Below are positions 23,690 through 24,000 of a stretch of DNA of 24,000 nt, piece by piece (within the stretch, counting starts at the first letter, position 1; every line of letters begins with the position of its first letter). The stretch spans positions 350,331 through 374,330 of the forward strand of contig OY759746.1 of NCBI GenBank assembly GCA_963662795.1, read 5' to 3'. The notes below the pieces were generated by a model. That model worked only from the letters and a program-made list of their open reading frames with translations. It searched no databases and was not told the DNA's origin. The translations under genes and the position numbers were made by a program. The stretch comes from Spirochaetia bacterium. GTDB taxonomy: Bacteria; Spirochaetota; Spirochaetia; CADAEX01.

Positions 23690-24000
23690 ATTAACTCTCC
23701 CGGAAACTCCTTAAAACTGGTAAGTGTACTTTGAAGTTTCTGCATTTCAACCAGTGAAAGCAGAAAAGCAAGTGTTGATTCAGCACCCTGATTCTGACTG
23801 ACCCTGTCTACATGCAGGCCGTCGCGGCAGCCTCCTGTAATTGAGTCATAAATCAAAAGCCCCAGATCATTCCGTCCGAGAAACCATTCAAATGCCCTTA
23901 CCGCCTCAAATGTCCAGAAAACATCTCCTGTTGTTGTATATGCTTCTATGCAGGCGGAAATTGTTGCCTGGGCCTCAATCGGCTGCTGATCGTAGAGTGC
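23686..24000 (-). CDS. Partial CDS (3-prime end; 5-prime end lies beyond the window), probably an alpha/alpha-toroid glycosidase-like domain protein
   Basis: The frame is open from the window edge and gives ...FEAVRAFEWFLGRNDLGLLIYDSITGGCRDGLHVDRVSQNQGAESTLAFLLSLVEM... Its stop overlaps the GH130-like ATG by 4 nt (ATGA). The function is inferred only from the NQGAES-type motif and the gene context. Confidence 0.4.
   Translation of the reverse strand, partial: ALYDQQPIEAQATISACIEAYTTTGDVFWTFEAVRAFEWFLGRNDLGLLIYDSITGGCRDGLHVDRVSQNQGAESTLAFLLSLVEMQKLQSTLTSFKEFPGELI

Overview
This is a bacterial window of moderate to low GC with Shine-Dalgarno-type ribosome-binding sites (RBS); the taxon cannot be determined from sequence alone. 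The left part (1-7600) holds metabolic genes. These are a degenerate M20-like protein translationally coupled to a GT81 glucosyl-3-phosphoglycerate synthase, a 1158-aa candidate PPi-type PEP carboxykinase, a frameshifted fused nucleotidyltransferase-HEPN gene and an ABM monooxygenase. A tRNA-Pro(GGG) gene at 7778-7852 opens an accessory region. Exact copies of the tRNA 3-prime end at 8030-8048 and 11422-11440 bracket a four-gene cassette. The cassette encodes a Cys-pair-rich MarR regulator, the mercury-methylation pair hgcA/hgcB (intact NVWCAAGK cap-helix motif and a 2x[4Fe-4S] ferredoxin with a vicinal-Cys tail) and an ACR3 arsenite efflux pump. No integrase lies between the repeats. Downstream is a visibly AT-rich stretch. 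It carries a TrmO-like gene, a SAM methyltransferase, a frameshifted CAP-domain lipoprotein gene, a complete IS4-family element (18-bp inverted repeats, 5-bp target duplication) and a solitary HNH endonuclease. The right part holds a GNAT-M20 operon, hicAB, an SrkA-like kinase, convergent CDF and VIT1 metal transporters, and a GH130-like gene. The CDF gene has a structured leader. No CRISPR array or rRNA gene was seen.
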